From an uncultured Comamonadaceae bacterium (GTDB lineage: Bacteria > Bacteroidota > Bacteroidia > Flavobacteriales_D > Sanyastnellaceae), in assembly GCA_964405405.1 (NCBI GenBank), contig CAYONT010000002.1, positions 77,907 through 141,906 of the forward strand: 64,000 nt of DNA, in the 5' to 3' direction. Below, piece after piece: positions 1 through 9,302 of the stretch. The stretch's first letter is position 1, and each line of letters begins with the position of its first letter. The position numbers and the translations under genes are program-made. The notes under the pieces are model-generated. The model did no database searches, was not told the origin of the DNA, and was given only the letters and a program-made list of their open reading frames with translations.

Positions 1-190
1 GCAACACACAGTTTTCCTGGACATTGCAACCTTCCTCCAAGATGATTTTGCCCCAATCTCCACGCAGCACTGCACCCGCACCGATGAAACAATCCGGTCC
101 GATGGTCACATGTCCGATTATACTCGCCAGGGGGTGTACGTAGCTGCTCGCATGGATGACGGGCACCATGCCTTGAAAAGACTGGACCAT
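1..190 (-). CDS. paaY: Hexapeptide-repeat (gamma-carbonic-anhydrase-like) protein, PaaY-like; N-terminal 63 codons only, the rest lies beyond the left window edge
   Basis: Own translation of the minus strand from ATG at 190..188: MVQSFQGMVPVIHASSYVHPLASIIGHVTIGPDCFIGAGAVLRGDWGKIILEEGCNVQENCVL. This is the left-handed beta-helix N-terminus typical of PaaY/YrdA proteins. It starts 4 nt after the stop of the paaJ-type thiolase. It is absent from the ORF track because there is no stop codon inside the window. Confidence 0.7.
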   Translation of the reverse strand, partial: MVQSFQGMVPVIHASSYVHPLASIIGHVTIGPDCFIGAGAVLRGDWGKIILEEGCNVQENCVL

Positions 191-194
191 AGAT

Positions 195-1397
195 TCAGGC
201 GGCGGGGTTTTTGATCACTGCGGCATAGCCTTGGCCTACGCCGATGCACAAAGTCACCAATGCATAGCGCCCCCCCGAGGCGCGCAACCTACGCGCTGCA
301 TGCAACATCAGCCGCGCACCCGTCATCCCCAGTGGATGTCCCAAGGCGATGGCCCCTCCGTTTGCATTCACCCGGCCGTCGTCATCTGCCAGTCCCATGG
401 CACGCGTACAGGCCAAAACCTGTGCCGCAAATGCCTCATTTAGCTCCACCACGTCCAAATCGTCCCACCCCAGTCCCGCGCGCTCCAGAGCACGTTGGGA
501 TGCCGCCACCGGCCCGATGCCCATGATGCGCGGAGGCACCCCGACCACAGCACTGGAAATCAACTGCGCCATGGGTTCCCACCCCCCCAACTTCAGACCG
601 GACTCGTTCGCCCAGAGCAGCGCTGCCGCACCATCGTTCAAACCACTGGCATTCCCGGCGGTCACTGTCCCCCCCTTCCGGAAAGCGGGACGCAACGCAC
701 CCAAGGCCTCCAACGTTGTGGCGGGCTTTACAAACTCGTCCTGTGAGAAGACCCGCGCCTCTCCTTTCCGTTGCGGAACCTCCACCGGCACGCATTCCTC
801 GCGCCGAAATGCCTCGGACGCCACAGCCCGCCGTTGAGATCGCCATGCGAACGCATCCTGATCCTCCCGCGAAATACCATAAAGTTCGGCCAGGTTCTCC
901 GCCGTTTCCCCCATCGCTTCCACCCCGTAACGCTCCGCCATCTTCGGATTCACGAACCGCCACCCGAAACTGGAATCAAACAATTCACTGTCGCGTCCCC
1001 AAGCCTGAGAGGCCTTTCCCATGACCCAAGGACCCCGGGTCATGTGCTCGATTCCTCCCGCCAGGACCACCCTACCCTCTCCAGTGTGCAGCATCCGGGC
1101 GCCATTGACCGCAGCTGCCAGTCCCGATGCACAAAGGCGATTCACCGTTTCCCCGGGCACCGTGTCGGGCAGACCTGCCAACAATGCCGCCATGCGCGCC
1201 ACGTTCCGGTTGTCCTCCCCTGCTTGGTTTGCACATCCGAGGATCACATCGTCTATCCAAGCAGGGTCCATGTTGGGGTGGCGCTTGAGCAGTTCCGATA
1301 GAACCAACGCGGCCAAATCATCTGCCCGAACAGGCGCCAAACTCCCCTGAAAGGCGCCAATGGGCGTCCGAATTCCATCCACCAAAAATGCGTCCAT
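195..1397 (-). CDS. paaJ: Thiolase II: 3-oxoadipyl-CoA / acetyl-CoA C-acyltransferase (PaaJ/PcaF type)
   Basis: 400-aa ORF with thiolase hallmarks: NRLCASGL (acyl-Cys), NANGGAIALGHPLGMTGARL and CIGVGQG near the C-terminus. Directly followed by a PaaY-like gene. Confidence 0.9.
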   Translation of the reverse strand: MDAFLVDGIRTPIGAFQGSLAPVRADDLAALVLSELLKRHPNMDPAWIDDVILGCANQAGEDNRNVARMAALLAGLPDTVPGETVNRLCASGLAAAVNGARMLHTGEGRVVLAGGIEHMTRGPWVMGKASQAWGRDSELFDSSFGWRFVNPKMAERYGVEAMGETAENLAELYGISREDQDAFAWRSQRRAVASEAFRREECVPVEVPQRKGEARVFSQDEFVKPATTLEALGALRPAFRKGGTVTAGNASGLNDGAAALLWANESGLKLGGWEPMAQLISSAVVGVPPRIMGIGPVAASQRALERAGLGWDDLDVVELNEAFAAQVLACTRAMGLADDDGRVNANGGAIALGHPLGMTGARLMLHAARRLRASGGRYALVTLCIGVGQGYAAVIKNPAA

Positions 1398-1481
1398 GCG
1401 CTCAAGAAATCAGTTGATACTACGTTCGTAAAGATATGCCCCGGGCGTTGGAGGTTGGGGTGGTGCAGGCCAAATTTGCCC

Positions 1482-2678
1482 ATGCGCATCGGCATTCCTT
1501 CCACCTTTCCTCCCTACCGAGGGGGAATCGCGCAATTCAACCAAGCCCTGTTGCGGGCGCTGGAGGAGGCAGGCCATGAAGTCCTTGCCATCAACTGGTC
1601 GCGCCAATATCCTCGTTTGTTCTTCCCCGGGGAGTCCCAGCTCGAGGCGGGAAGTGAACTGAGCGCTGGCCCTCCTGCCTTGCTGGACTCCATTCACCCC
1701 GGAAGTTGGCGACGGGTGGCCCAGCAACTGGTTGCGCAGCGTATCGACGTTTTGGTACTTCCTTTCTGGCATGCCGCATTGTCCCCTGCGATGACTTACT
1801 TGGCCCGTCGGGTCAAGCGGGACTTGGAGGCCATCGGTCATCGCGTTCAGGTGGTGGGCTTGATGCACAACGCTTGTAGCCATGATGCGAGCGGTTGGGA
1901 CACTTGGTTGGTTGGTCGGTTGCTGGGACGATTGGACAGGGCTTGGACCTTGAGTGCTCAGGTGGCCATGGAGTTGGAATTGATGCAAGCGGGTTTGGCC
2001 GTAGACACGCTGTTTCATCCTCTCTACGACCACTTCCCCGACTTGATTCCCCAGGCTGAAGCCAGAAAATTGCTCCATCTGCCCCCAGCAGGAGAGGGAC
2101 ATGTGGTGCTGTACTTCGGTCTTATCCGGCCTTACAAGGGGTTGGATGTCCTCATCGAAGCCATGTCCATTCTGAAGAAGGAACTGGAGACTGGCGAGGG
2201 GCATCTGCCTGTTCACTTGGTCATTGCCGGTGAGTGCTATGGCGATTGGGAGCCTTACCAAAGCGCCATCGACGCCTCGGTTGCAGCCGATGAAATTCAA
2301 GTGCACGCCCGGTTCATCCCTGACCACGAGGTAGCTTTGTTTTTCGGAGCAGCGGATTGCGTTGCACTCCCCTATCGCAAGGCTTCTCAGAGTGGTGTAA
2401 CAGCCATTGCACTGCATTATGGAATTCCGGTGGTTGCTACCGATGTAGGAGGACTTTCCGAATACGTTGAGCCCGGAGAAACGGGCGCATTGGTTCCAAG
2501 ATCAGGGGATTTGCATCGGGATGCAACGGGGTTTGCTCATGGAATCCAGTCCGCATTGTCCCACGACCTGCGAGAAAATCATGAAGCATTTGCTCGAGCT
2601 CGTGCGCAGTTCTCTTGGTCCACTTTCGCACACAGTGCCCTCCTCACGCTCAGAGACGAGCAACCGAGTCAGGGTTGA
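1482..2678 (+). CDS. Glycosyltransferase, GT-B fold (group 1 / GT4-like)
   Basis: ORF 1455..2678 (TTG at 1455) trimmed to ATG 1482 (MRIGIPSTFPPYRGGIAQFN...). The C-terminal half carries the GT4 donor-binding pattern ALPYRKASQSGVTAIALHYGIPVVATDVGGLSEYVEPGETG. Confidence 0.8.
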   Translation: MRIGIPSTFPPYRGGIAQFNQALLRALEEAGHEVLAINWSRQYPRLFFPGESQLEAGSELSAGPPALLDSIHPGSWRRVAQQLVAQRIDVLVLPFWHAALSPAMTYLARRVKRDLEAIGHRVQVVGLMHNACSHDASGWDTWLVGRLLGRLDRAWTLSAQVAMELELMQAGLAVDTLFHPLYDHFPDLIPQAEARKLLHLPPAGEGHVVLYFGLIRPYKGLDVLIEAMSILKKELETGEGHLPVHLVIAGECYGDWEPYQSAIDASVAADEIQVHARFIPDHEVALFFGAADCVALPYRKASQSGVTAIALHYGIPVVATDVGGLSEYVEPGETGALVPRSGDLHRDATGFAHGIQSALSHDLRENHEAFARARAQFSWSTFAHSALLTLRDEQPSQG

Positions 2679-3715
2679 ATGCCGATTCCCGCTTGAATCT
2701 CAGCGGGACTGCGGAGAAGTGGATCGAAAACAAACCGCTGACAAAGCACCCATTCACCCCGGTAGTTTCCATACATGCGGGCGCCGTCCCAAGGGAGCGC
2801 ATTGCCTTGCTCATCCAAGGTTTCCAGGGTAGGTGCCTTCCAGTACAGGGCAATGGAATCCCGGCGACCATCCGCCCCCCATGCCCGCAGCACAAAAGCC
2901 GGTTGGGTTTGGGCCAAACTGTCGACCGCATCAGGGGTCAGATAATTCTTGAATGTTTCGAGGTGCACCTTCCGGAACGACAGAAAATGATCCTGCCATT
3001 GGGAATCGGGGACGGGTCGAATCAAACCGCCTGCCCCTTTCCAAACCAACGTCCCCGAGGTATCCACCTCCAGTGCATAGTTCCATTGGGGTGACTCCCG
3101 AAACTCCACAGAGATTCCTCTGAGTGTTCGGTCCGGAAAATCAAAAACGCCCGTGTAGCGCCATTCCAATTCATCGGTAAAAAACCGGGTGGATAAAAAC
3201 CCCGTGAAACCCTCCATGTGGGTGACAAAAGGCTCTTGCCCTCGTCCCTCGGGTGTTTCAAGCAGCATGTGTGTGCCCGTGTGGGACTGGGTAGCCGTTC
3301 CGACATACCAGACCTTAGCTGGCCGGTCGTCTCCCATGTAGATCTCCACCTTCTTCGCCCTTCCGGCCAACATGCGAATGACATTCTCGCGTTGCGCGAG
3401 TGGGACGGGGGACTGAACCCGAATGCGAAGGAACGTCTTCAACAGCAAATCCACAGCGTCCTTCCGAGCCCAGTACTTGCCGTTGAGTTTCCAGTAGGTG
3501 GCACCTGGAACACGTTCCAGCAAGACCTCACCTCCATCCCGGTCGGCGATGAAAATCCGGTCTACGGATGCCGTATCTGAAATGGCAAACTGGGCAGCTG
3601 CATTTGCATCCAACGATGCTGGGCCTCCACAACCTCTCCCAAAAAACAAACCCATGAGCAGCACCAAGAGACTGCCCGACAGCACCAACAGCCTTTTCTG
3701 CGCGGGACGCATCAT
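2669..3715 (-). CDS. Membrane-anchored protein, DUF4340-like (GldG-associated)
   Basis: ORF 2669..3820 trimmed to ATG 3715, which overlaps the gldFG stop as ATGA. N-terminal anchor LLVLSGSLLVLLMGLFFG followed by a soluble domain. The position immediately downstream of a GldG-type gene fits the DUF4340 family. The family call is from memory, not from a search. Confidence 0.6.
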   Translation of the reverse strand: MMRPAQKRLLVLSGSLLVLLMGLFFGRGCGGPASLDANAAAQFAISDTASVDRIFIADRDGGEVLLERVPGATYWKLNGKYWARKDAVDLLLKTFLRIRVQSPVPLAQRENVIRMLAGRAKKVEIYMGDDRPAKVWYVGTATQSHTGTHMLLETPEGRGQEPFVTHMEGFTGFLSTRFFTDELEWRYTGVFDFPDRTLRGISVEFRESPQWNYALEVDTSGTLVWKGAGGLIRPVPDSQWQDHFLSFRKVHLETFKNYLTPDAVDSLAQTQPAFVLRAWGADGRRDSIALYWKAPTLETLDEQGNALPWDGARMYGNYRGEWVLCQRFVFDPLLRSPAEIQAGIGIQP

Positions 3716-6183
3716 GCATTCAACGGTTTGAGGCTGTACCTTTTGCGGCGCAGCCGGATGAAAATCCACCCCAAAGCTGCGACGAAAACCATGGGCAAAG
3801 CCACGGCAATCAACTGCCAAGCACGGCGTTCGGTCCGAACCCGTTCTGCATCCAAAGCCCGCAACTCAATAGCCCTCGAACGCACCGATATGAGCGCCTG
3901 GTCATCCAGCAAATAATTGACTGTGTTGAGCAGGAAATCCTTGTTGTCGTAGATGACCCTCCCTGCATAGCGGTCAAATCCCAAGGGCAAGGGCTGCCAT
4001 CCCTCTGGACCTTGACGTGTCCTGTTTCGAGCCAAATCCCCATCCCCAACCACCACCATGGCCGTAGATGCACTTTCGTTGCGAAAGGCAAATGTCGGAT
4101 CCTGGAGCAAAGCCTGCGGCAGTCGGTCCTCAAACGCACTCCGGAAGGTCCCCTCGAGCAACACAGCGAGCGGCTGGGCTTCCGACTGAGGCGCATCGAA
4201 GTAATCTGGGCGCAAGGTGACGATGCTGCTCGAGACCCGGACGGGAGCTTTGTACTCCCGGGACCGCTCCGAGCTGGACAGCAACACAGTCTTGCGTACA
4301 TCCCCAGCAGCAGACACCGTATCCACCCGGGAACAAAAATCGAAGTGAATGGGGTCCAGGTTGGTCGTCACAGGATGTGAAATGCCCTGCGGGATGACCA
4401 CCGGAGCAAAGTACCAACTGAACATCTCCATCTGTCGCTGATTGCCACTGGGCCCTGCATCCAACATGATGGGAGCACATTGAAGATCGATGACCAAGTT
4501 GCGATTGAGCTTGGCCCCGTATTGGAACAGCATATCGTACAACCCCAACTCCCGCGTAACCCCCTCGGTCACTTGGTTTTTGGAGAGGCTGTCGAGGTTC
4601 ACATCGATTGGATCCACCAACCAAAGCACCTTGCCCCCGTTCATAATGAACTGATCCAATAGCACCTGGTCCTTGTCGCTGAACATCGAGTCCGGTTTCG
4701 CCACGATGACCAAATCGAAGCGGTTCTTGCGATACCGAACGCCCTCTGTGTACTCACTCAACGCCCCCACTTTCTCGTCAATTCGAATCCGGGTTACTTC
4801 GTAGTTCTCAGCCAATGAAGCTGTTAAATCAGCCATCTCCATGGGCAACAACTCTCCGTGACCCTCCAAAACAGCAATCCTAGGCGTCTCTGGACGCAAC
4901 GCCTTCCGGAGCACCGATGCGAGTTCAAACTCGACCGAATTGATGGAACCTTGGATCATCTCTGCGGAAGGTTCAGGCATCTCGCTTTTGAAAAACTGAA
5001 CTGGGTACTGTTTGCCCCGAGCGTATACCATGGCTGCAGGCCAAACCGTCTTGAAAGCCTTCACCCCCTGTTCCTGAAATCCGATGCGCGTGAATCGGAG
5101 TCCCAACTCCCAGAGTTTGTTCTCGTTTTCGCCGATGGTCTGGGCGTCCTCGGTGGCGTAGATGTCCTCGAATTGGTAGCGGAATTTCCCACCACTGCGA
5201 ACGGCAAACTCTTCAAACTTGTCTCGGATGCTGCGCTCCAATCGTTGCCAATCTGCCGGATAGGCCCCTGACAAATAGCATGTGACCGAGACCTCCTCCT
5301 CCATCGATTCCAACATCTTCACCGTAGCCGGTGAAAGGGTGTGCCTTCCTTCCGCCGTCCAATCCAAGGACCAGGGAAAAATCGTGAAAAGGGCCAACAC
5401 TGCCCCCGCGACTGCAGAGCCCAAAACGAACTGAAGGCCATCCTCGCGAATGCGCCCCTTTCGAGACGCCAGAGACCAACGGGTCGCGAGGCCTGTGATG
5501 GCAATCCAAGCGCCGAAGTAACCCAGATCTAGGGACGAAATCCATCCCCGGCTCATGCCCCGGTAATGGGCTTCCATGCCCAGCCGGGAAAACGCATAGT
5601 CCCAGTTGCCCAACCAATCGAAACTCGCCAGCGCCGTGAAACCGATGTACGTCACCACCGAAGTCACCAGGGCAGACAAGAATGCCACGAGCGGATTGAC
5701 CGTCAGGGAAGACATCAGCAACCCGATTCCGATGAAGGCCATGCCCAGGAGCAACAGGCCGGCATAGCTTCCCCAAGTTGCCCCCCAATCCAGGTTGCCC
5801 ACCGGCTCGCCCAACGCATGAACCACCCAAGTGTAGGCCAGCGTGGGCAGCAGGGCCGCCACGAGGACGGACGTTGCTCCGATGAATTTGGCCCACACAA
5901 TGGCGCCCTCCCCCAGAGGCCGGGTCAACAGCAACTCGAGGGTACCCGACCGCCGTTCCTCCGCAAAACTCCGCATCGTAATCGCCGGTACGAGAAATAC
6001 CAGCACCCAAGGAGCCCAGATGAAAAAAGGCTCCAAGGTGGCCATGCCGCCATCGAGAATGTTCCAACTTCCCGGAAAAACCCACAGAAACAAACCCGTC
6101 AATGCCAGGAAGGACAGCACCACAACATAACCGATGAGGGCGCTGAAGAAACTGCGAAACTCTTTGAGGACGAGTGCAAGCAT
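3712..6183 (-). CDS. gldFG: Fused gliding-motility-type ABC-2 permease (GldF-like, about the first 240 aa) and GldG-like auxiliary component (rest), single 823-aa ORF
   Basis: The N-terminus MLALVLKEFRSFFSALIGYVVVLSFLALTGLFLWVFPGSWNILDGG...RSFAEERRSGTLELLLTRPL matches GldF closely. The remainder has the GldG layout: a large extracytoplasmic domain ending in a C-terminal TM helix, LIAVALPMVFVAALGWIFI. There is no stop or frameshift between the two parts. Confidence 0.85.
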   Translation of the reverse strand: MLALVLKEFRSFFSALIGYVVVLSFLALTGLFLWVFPGSWNILDGGMATLEPFFIWAPWVLVFLVPAITMRSFAEERRSGTLELLLTRPLGEGAIVWAKFIGATSVLVAALLPTLAYTWVVHALGEPVGNLDWGATWGSYAGLLLLGMAFIGIGLLMSSLTVNPLVAFLSALVTSVVTYIGFTALASFDWLGNWDYAFSRLGMEAHYRGMSRGWISSLDLGYFGAWIAITGLATRWSLASRKGRIREDGLQFVLGSAVAGAVLALFTIFPWSLDWTAEGRHTLSPATVKMLESMEEEVSVTCYLSGAYPADWQRLERSIRDKFEEFAVRSGGKFRYQFEDIYATEDAQTIGENENKLWELGLRFTRIGFQEQGVKAFKTVWPAAMVYARGKQYPVQFFKSEMPEPSAEMIQGSINSVEFELASVLRKALRPETPRIAVLEGHGELLPMEMADLTASLAENYEVTRIRIDEKVGALSEYTEGVRYRKNRFDLVIVAKPDSMFSDKDQVLLDQFIMNGGKVLWLVDPIDVNLDSLSKNQVTEGVTRELGLYDMLFQYGAKLNRNLVIDLQCAPIMLDAGPSGNQRQMEMFSWYFAPVVIPQGISHPVTTNLDPIHFDFCSRVDTVSAAGDVRKTVLLSSSERSREYKAPVRVSSSIVTLRPDYFDAPQSEAQPLAVLLEGTFRSAFEDRLPQALLQDPTFAFRNESASTAMVVVGDGDLARNRTRQGPEGWQPLPLGFDRYAGRVIYDNKDFLLNTVNYLLDDQALISVRSRAIELRALDAERVRTERRAWQLIAVALPMVFVAALGWIFIRLRRKRYSLKPLNA

Positions 6184-6194
6184 GGGGGGCGAAA

Positions 6195-6524
6195 TTACGC
6201 GTTTCCCGGGGTCAATTCCGCAAAAGTTCCCACCTCAGGTTCCGCTGCGAAAAAGGTCTTGGTTCTAGGCCAAACCACACCAAACAAAGCAGATTTTCGG
6301 TAAGCCTCCAAATGCGCCGGGCTATCCCAAACACTCCAAGTGACCCGAACCACAAAGTCTGTCGAAGGGGCGCAATCGGTCAAAAGCCGAAGGGACCGAC
6401 ATCCTGGACTGCGGGCAATCGCCACCTCGTGGAGGGCAAACCAAGCGTCAAATTCCGGAACCGCCTCTGGCCGGATGTACAAGCGAACAAGCCTAACAAT
6501 CGGTCCTCCAGCCTGCGTGTTCAT
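6195..6524 (-). CDS. Small ABM-fold (antibiotic-biosynthesis-monooxygenase-like) protein
   Basis: 109-aa ORF. The pattern VRLVRLYIRPEAVPEFDAWF...VVRVTWSVWDSPAHLEAYRKSALF is typical of the ferredoxin-like ABM domain. Its ATG overlaps the upstream DUF62 stop as ATGA (6521..6524), and it ends 11 nt before the gldFG start. Confidence 0.55.
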   Translation of the reverse strand: MNTQAGGPIVRLVRLYIRPEAVPEFDAWFALHEVAIARSPGCRSLRLLTDCAPSTDFVVRVTWSVWDSPAHLEAYRKSALFGVVWPRTKTFFAAEPEVGTFAELTPGNA

Positions 6525-7333
6525 CCTTCGAACACAATTTGAATGGTGTGTCCGACCGGAAGTCCCAGCAGGCTACTGGCCCCGCCATGGTGTCCGGGTA
6601 CGTTGTGATGGGCCACCGCGATTTCCAGAAGGCCCCGTTGGTTGAACAAAGCAAGCCGCTCACCGGGAGGATGCTCGTCGTAACGAACCGAAATTCGCTT
6701 GATGTCCATTCGAGAACCACGCATGACAATGTGAAATGAACGATCCCGGCGGGCGCGGTCAAAGGTGGCATGATCGATGTTGGTCACCGCATTGTCGAAA
6801 CCATCCACGTAAATGACCTGACCGAATAGAGCCTGGCTTTCCTCCCTCGGGACAGGCCGCCGCCCAGGAATGGGTAAGGCGGATTCCCAGCGCAGTTCCC
6901 GAGGATGCATGCCATCGAGCAACTGCCGAGCCACCGGCACAAAGACTTCCCGCTCAGGAAAATTGGGCGCGCCTCCGGAAGGCATTTCAGGAACATCCCA
7001 AAGTTCCATCGGGACACCCCCTAAATCGTGCTGAAGCAGCCCGAAAAACGGGCGGTCGCTCGCCAACACCCACTGGTCCAGAATGCGGGCACAACGATGC
7101 GGTGAATCTGGGGTGCGGGCCGCATTGACCCCCACTAGGTGAAGCGTTTCGGAAGGAAAAGTTCGCAGCACGTCTGCGAGCATGTAAGCTGCTTGAGCGG
7201 AGTCAAAACGGTTCACAGCATGGGAAATGTCGACCACCTGCAAAGTCGGGTGGGTCGACCACAAGTCCCCCTTGAGCATGGCTGGCTCGTGGCTGTTGAT
7301 GCCGCAGTCAGATAGAAGTGTGAGGAATGGCAC
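6521..7333 (-). CDS. SAM hydroxide adenosyltransferase family protein (DUF62; fluorinase/chlorinase-like), divergent member
   Basis: 270-aa ORF with a GTG start at 7333. N-terminus FLTLLSDCGINSHEPAMLKGDLWSTHPTLQVVDISHAV resembles the DUF62 signature (TLLTDFG..D.YVG.MKG...VDISH). The usual DPGVG segment is replaced by VGVNAART. Confidence 0.65.
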   Translation of the reverse strand: MPFLTLLSDCGINSHEPAMLKGDLWSTHPTLQVVDISHAVNRFDSAQAAYMLADVLRTFPSETLHLVGVNAARTPDSPHRCARILDQWVLASDRPFFGLLQHDLGGVPMELWDVPEMPSGGAPNFPEREVFVPVARQLLDGMHPRELRWESALPIPGRRPVPREESQALFGQVIYVDGFDNAVTNIDHATFDRARRDRSFHIVMRGSRMDIKRISVRYDEHPPGERLALFNQRGLLEIAVAHHNVPGHHGGASSLLGLPVGHTIQIVFEG

Positions 7334-7352
7334 GAAGCAAAGTTCCGAAACC

Positions 7353-7360
7353 TATTTTTG
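7353..7360 (+). promoter_or_regulatory. -7 promoter box TATTTTTG (TAnnTTTG) for phoH-purC-cca
   Basis: Perfect match to the Bacteroidota -7 consensus, 8 nt upstream of ATG 7369. Confidence 0.45.
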
Positions 7361-7368
7361 CTGCGCAC

Positions 7369-8373
7369 ATGCATCAAACCGAATTTTCACTCGAAAACGT
7401 CCATCCGCTGGATTTCATGGGGCCGGGGGAGACCCATTGGCGCTTGATCAAGGCCCATTTCCCCAAACTCAATCTGGTGGCCCGGGGCTCAAACATCCTT
7501 GCCAAGGGGGCCCAAGCGGACTTGGGGCGGTTTGAGGAGGTCATGCGGTTGCTGGTTTGGCACATCGAACGCTACCAGCACATCAGCGAGGACGACGTAC
7601 ATCGTCTGCTGCGGTCAGAAACGGCCGATGTGATGCGAACAGCAAGCCAGGATGACACCTTGGTTTACGGGGTAGGTGGAAACCGGATTTCTGCGCGAAC
7701 GGCGAACCAGCACAAGCTCGTGGAGGCCATCCGGCGGCATGACATGGTTTTTGCCGTAGGCCCCGCAGGTACAGGCAAGACTTACACTGCTGTTGCCATG
7801 GCGGTGGCAGCCCTCAAAGACAAGCGGGTGCGGCGCATCGTACTGACGCGACCCGCTGTAGAAGCAGGAGAAAACCTGGGCTTTCTTCCCGGCGATCTGA
7901 AGGAGAAATTGGATCCTTACCTCCAACCGCTTTATGACGCCTTGCTGGATATGTTGCCGTACGAAAAAGTGGCGGAATACATGGAAAAGCGGGTGATTGA
8001 GGTGGCTCCTTTGGCCTTCATGCGGGGACGCACGTTGGACAAGGCCTTCGTCATCTTGGACGAAGCCCAGAACACCACGGTCGCTCAGATGAAGATGTTT
8101 CTCACCCGGATGGGCCGGGAAGCCAAGTTTGTGATCACGGGGGATGTCTCCCAAGTGGATTTGCCCCGTCGTCAACTTTCCGGCCTGGTGTATGCCCAGC
8201 GATCCCTCTCTGGCATCTCCGGTCTAGAGTTTGTTTCCTTGACGGGCGACGACGTCATCCGGCACCGACTGGTGAAAGCCATGATCGATGCCTTCGACGC
8301 CACCGATGCCAAGTTGGAGTCTGAAGCCGCCGCCCGCAAGCGAGAACGCCCCCCCTTCAATTCCGAACGATGA
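7369..8373 (+). CDS. phoH: PhoH-like ATPase
   Basis: Walker A GPAGTGKTY plus the conserved PhoH block RIVLTRPAVEAGENLGFLPGDLKEKLDPYLQPLYDAL. ORF 7327..8373 trimmed to ATG 7369, which removes the overlap with the divergent gene and sits 8 nt after a perfect -7 box. Confidence 0.9.
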   Translation: MHQTEFSLENVHPLDFMGPGETHWRLIKAHFPKLNLVARGSNILAKGAQADLGRFEEVMRLLVWHIERYQHISEDDVHRLLRSETADVMRTASQDDTLVYGVGGNRISARTANQHKLVEAIRRHDMVFAVGPAGTGKTYTAVAMAVAALKDKRVRRIVLTRPAVEAGENLGFLPGDLKEKLDPYLQPLYDALLDMLPYEKVAEYMEKRVIEVAPLAFMRGRTLDKAFVILDEAQNTTVAQMKMFLTRMGREAKFVITGDVSQVDLPRRQLSGLVYAQRSLSGISGLEFVSLTGDDVIRHRLVKAMIDAFDATDAKLESEAAARKRERPPFNSER

Positions 8374-9302
8374 CCCCTACCCTTCAGTTTCCTGGACAGA
8401 CCTCCGTTTACCATGGCAAAGTGCGTGACATGTATGGCATCGGCAAAGATTTGTTGGTGGCCGTGGTGTCCGATCGCATCTCTGCTTTCGACTTCATCTT
8501 GCCCCAACCAATTCCTTACAAGGGACAGGTTTTGAACCAATTGGCCTCCTATTACTTGGATGCTGTTGCCGATTTGTTGCCCACTTGGAAACTCGCCTGT
8601 CCACATCCCGCAGTCACCATTGGTCACCGTTGTGAACCCATCCGCATCGAAATGGTGATCCGAGGTTATCTGGCTGGACATGCGTGGCGCACCTACCAGT
8701 CGGGAGAGCGGATGCTCTGTGGTGTCCGCATGCCTGACGAGATGCGGGAGAACGACCCATTCCCTGAGCCCATCATCACCCCTGCCACCAAGGCTGAGGC
8801 TGGGCACGACGAAGATGTTTCTCGGGAGGAAATCCTCACCCGGGGCATCGTAAATCCTGAACTCTACGAGTCGATGGAAGCTGCCACCCGGGCGCTTTAC
8901 AAGCGGGGCACCGAATTGGCTGCGGCGCAGGGGTTGATTTTGGTGGACACCAAGTACGAGTTTGGTTTACACGGGAACCAACTGATGCTCATCGATGAGC
9001 TGCATACACCTGACAGTTCCCGGTATTTCGAAGCCACAGGTTACGACGAGCGCCAAGCTGCCGGCTTGCCCCAGCAGCAATTGAGCAAGGAGTTTGTGCG
9101 AGAATGGCTCATGGCACAAGGATTTCGTGGGCTTGAAGGCCAAACCCCACCCCAACTCCCCTCCGACTTCGTATCCACCGTGAGCGAGCGGTACATCGCC
9201 CTCTACGAGCGCCTCACCGGGCGCTCCTTTGTTCCACAACCGGCAGAAAACCAAGTTGATGAAATCCAAGACGCCGTAGGCGCTTGGTTGGCAGCCCGAT
9301 GA
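8370..9302 (+). CDS. purC: Phosphoribosylaminoimidazole-succinocarboxamide (SAICAR) synthase
   Basis: 310 aa. The stretch YHGKVRDMYGIGKDLLVAVVSDRISAFDFILPQPIPYKGQVLNQL is the PurC signature region. ATGA overlap with the phoH stop. Confidence 0.9.
   Translation: MTPTLQFPGQTSVYHGKVRDMYGIGKDLLVAVVSDRISAFDFILPQPIPYKGQVLNQLASYYLDAVADLLPTWKLACPHPAVTIGHRCEPIRIEMVIRGYLAGHAWRTYQSGERMLCGVRMPDEMRENDPFPEPIITPATKAEAGHDEDVSREEILTRGIVNPELYESMEAATRALYKRGTELAAAQGLILVDTKYEFGLHGNQLMLIDELHTPDSSRYFEATGYDERQAAGLPQQQLSKEFVREWLMAQGFRGLEGQTPPQLPSDFVSTVSERYIALYERLTGRSFVPQPAENQVDEIQDAVGAWLAAR

Noticed and set aside
1410-2417. 335-aa minus-strand ORF antisense to the GT4 gene at 1482..2678
   Set aside because: No motifs, and it overlaps a gene with clear GT-B signatures. 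It is a typical GC-driven shadow ORF.
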